Source of the DNA: Candidatus Promineifilaceae bacterium
GTDB lineage: Bacteria; Chloroflexota; Anaerolineae; Promineifilales; Promineifilaceae
DNA length: 13,374 nt
Assembly (NCBI GenBank): GCA_050290485.1
Contig: JBNKHS010000073.1
Coordinates: forward strand, 1 to 13,374
Reading direction: 5' to 3'
In this document: one piece after another, positions 12,901 through 13,374 of the stretch
Position numbering within the stretch: the stretch's first letter is position 1
Layout of the letters: each line of letters opens with the position of its first letter
Program-made: the position numbers and the translations under genes
The notes under the pieces: model-generated
Seen by the model: the letters and a program-made list of their open reading frames with translations, nothing else
Told to the model about the DNA's origin: nothing
The model's database searches: none

Positions 12901-13374
12901 TCAAGCAGTTATTGTCCGTTAACTCAGTGGACAAAGCCAAAGAATATGCAGAAAAAGCGACAAAACGCTTTCCCCTTACACCCCTTGTTTGGACTGACTT
13001 GGCTCATGTATGTGCTTTGCAAATGGACACGGAAGGCGAACGCAAAGCATTGGAGCGAGCGTATACGATCAACCCGCAATGGCAAGACATTATTGTCATG
13101 TTGAGCAATGTTCATGCGCGTGCAGAAGAATGGGAAAAATCAAAAGCATTATTGGAAGAAGCAATCGGCCGTGATCCATTAAATGCACGTTATCAGGCGT
13201 TATTAGCTGATGTACGTTGGCACTTAGACGAAAAAGAAGCAGCTTTAGAACAAATGCAATATGCCTTAACATTAGAACCTAACTACGACTGGGCATGGGG
13301 CACATTAAAAGATTGGGCATTCGCATTAGAACGTCCTGAAATCGTTATTGATACCGCAAGAACATTAACCAAAC
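9978..13374 (+). CDS. Large TPR-repeat protein with an embedded papain-like cysteine peptidase domain of the C39 / C39-like type. It is 3'-partial, with more than 1132 aa inside the window.
   Basis: It is a continuous open frame (phase 3) from ATG 9978 to the window end. An in-frame TGA at 9939-9941 fixes the upstream limit. It is missing from the supplied ORF track because no stop occurs in the window. Residues ~1-290 and ~450 onward are TPR-like helical repeats (recurrent W/Y-x-x-A-x-x-L patterns, e.g. 'AHTLTLLGRDDEAIEFLKQA', 'ALADALWNQREFDEALELYRFAACL', 'YHHLQGLLLKKQGNLEEAKQAFYQSIRLA'). Residues ~300-440 are 'VGFVRQHHMTCAPATLSAISGYW...GNAHLQAVLGYDERRQTLLVRDPYS'. These match the C39 catalytic arrangement Q-x4-C-[GA]-x-A-x-L ... 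H-x(17)-D-P. The candidate residues are Q309 (10902-10904), C314 (10917-10919), H391 (11148-11150) and D409 (11202-11204). Confidence 0.85.
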   Translation, partial: MKIESHQLTPIRELYNSGSYLQAYQVAEKRGPLNEWEGSEARILAGRLVAHLGAPRLAHYHYLKAYRETPAEPEVRYYYALYQLHRRGPYATWQTLKQFDDLDSEPDDILASRYALVAETAAILRDFTTAETWIMRAKEITPNSPWVYQTYAQVRHYADKHQESLDLLQHALTLHPWYRPAVQATAHTLTLLGRDDEAIEFLKQADQHIECSGVVAQLIGLQIEQEQYEDAHLHLERVLQLMPLMEKQMGQWIAGVQSTLAYFQNDIDAAIMYAQKTGDSFHEKIAHHLMETKDKPTERKVLPVGFVRQHHMTCAPATLSAISGYWSMPAEHLQVAEEICYNGTSAYNERRWAEENGWYAREFTITAANTKTLIDHGIPFTFATVDLGNAHLQAVLGYDERRQTLLVRDPYSRHSREGLTTALLERYAATGPRGMALVPTPQKEVLAQIDLLESDIWDLLHQFDGALETHKLKQATAILEEMKHKDTTGRLTLDATYRLAIYNSNPVAMLAAVEDLLALYPEDERLQFSRLKHLKDLTRHSDLLSAYAQICQKPNVHPIFLEGYAQEITHDARTQEKAISLLRKALQRWPTKESIYIALADALWNQREFDEALELYRFAACLNDKDEFLARSYFTAAHFRRETAVALNFLQLRYQRLGQQSNFPARTLVWAYERIDQRIDALQVIDESLQHWSDNGDFLLFVADFYGHLSNEYRKRAFALLKRAKNNSKQQEWLRTAARITAVNADLPRSLSLWQEVLKQQPLAMDAHESIANLLLKIEGREAAIAHLQQAVDAYPYHHPLHRLWLYWLRDAPAEVAAPAFRRVIAMDNSDAWVQRQYSYFLIEQRQFQEAAQVAETAYELDPVHPAYHHLQGLLLKKQGNLEEAKQAFYQSIRLASNIEPSVADLLSCCDSADEQRNALEFVRKELMSKVLLGDEMLMYRAYGSRLLDPQEMLSQLHDVLLAQPGLAQTWSAYIKQLLSVNSVDKAKEYAEKATKRFPLTPLVWTDLAHVCALQMDTEGERKALERAYTINPQWQDIIVMLSNVHARAEEWEKSKALLEEAIGRDPLNARYQALLADVRWHLDEKEAALEQMQYALTLEPNYDWAWGTLKDWAFALERPEIVIDTARTLTK
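11904..11911. repeat. ACGGCCGT iterated palindrome, copy 13 (AACGGCCGTT).
   Basis: agaAACGGCCGTTgcc. It lies in the TPR-peptidase CDS and is read E-T-A-V-A. Confidence 0.9.
12198..12205. repeat. ACGGCCGT iterated palindrome, copy 14.
   Basis: ataaACGGCCGTaaat. It lies in the TPR-peptidase CDS and is read I-T-A-V-N. Confidence 0.9.

Noticed and set aside
9976-13115. All minus-strand ORFs of 61-122 aa listed between 9976 and 13115.
   Set aside because: They lie inside and antisense to the single long TPR-peptidase reading frame, which is open for the entire 3.4 kb.
1-13374. Cyanobacterial HIP1 (GCGATCGC) as the explanation for the iterated palindrome.
   Set aside because: GCGATCGC does not occur in the window. 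The iterated word here is ACGGCCGT, so this is a HIP-like phenomenon with a different sequence.
1-13374. CRISPR arrays, tRNA, rRNA or tmRNA genes.
   Set aside because: There are no regularly spaced repeats with unique spacers, and I found no cloverleaf-compatible or conserved rRNA sequence on either strand.

Overview
This 13.4-kb window reads as bacterial chromosomal DNA of moderate GC (mid-40s % by eye), with compact genes on both strands. I see no transposase, integrase, CRISPR array, tRNA or rRNA. I can support eleven coding regions. (1) The 3' part of a gene for a Pro/Thr-rich hypothetical protein (5'-partial), 1..776 +. (2) An in-frame C-terminal remnant of a paralog of gene (4), 789..1001 -. 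(3) A GNAT N-acetyltransferase, 1019..1540 +. (4) A two-TM membrane protein with a soluble C-terminal domain, 1535..2242 -. (5) A 3-hydroxyisobutyrate-dehydrogenase-family NAD(P) oxidoreductase, 2392..3285 +. (6) A gluconate-5-dehydrogenase-like SDR, 3340..4095 +. (7) A membrane-anchored SPFH/band-7 protein with a Pro/Thr-rich tail, 4168..5529 -. (8) A 4-TM membrane protein, 6072..6656 -. (9) A Crp/Fnr-family regulator, 6863..7549 +. (10) A FAD-dependent PHBH-fold monooxygenase, 7669..9081 -. (11) A very large TPR-repeat protein with an embedded papain-like (C39-like) cysteine-peptidase domain, 9978..13374 + (3'-partial). Gene (11) is absent from the supplied ORF track because it has no stop codon inside the window. 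The most striking thing I see is not a gene. The palindromic octamer ACGGCCGT occurs 14 times, often as AACGGCCGTT, where a random sequence of this length predicts about 0.2 occurrences. Eleven of the 14 copies lie inside coding regions, and ten of those eleven are read in the same frame, encoding Thr-Ala-Val. This resembles the 'highly iterated palindrome' phenomenon (HIP1-like) but with a different sequence. Other points are listed as findings. The GNAT gene is bracketed by an imperfect ~150-bp direct repeat that is really a truncated, still in-frame paralog fragment. Both repeat copies end at a copy of the palindrome. Several perfect or near-perfect dyad symmetries sit in divergent promoter regions. 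An 18-bp direct repeat with a palindromic core occurs twice in an ~880-bp intergenic region, which also holds a small hydrophobic ORF. A convergent-gene hairpin lies between the SDR and SPFH genes. I could not tie the genes into a recognised defence or biosynthetic system. The peptidase, flavoenzyme and small-ORF neighbourhood is flagged only as a hypothesis.
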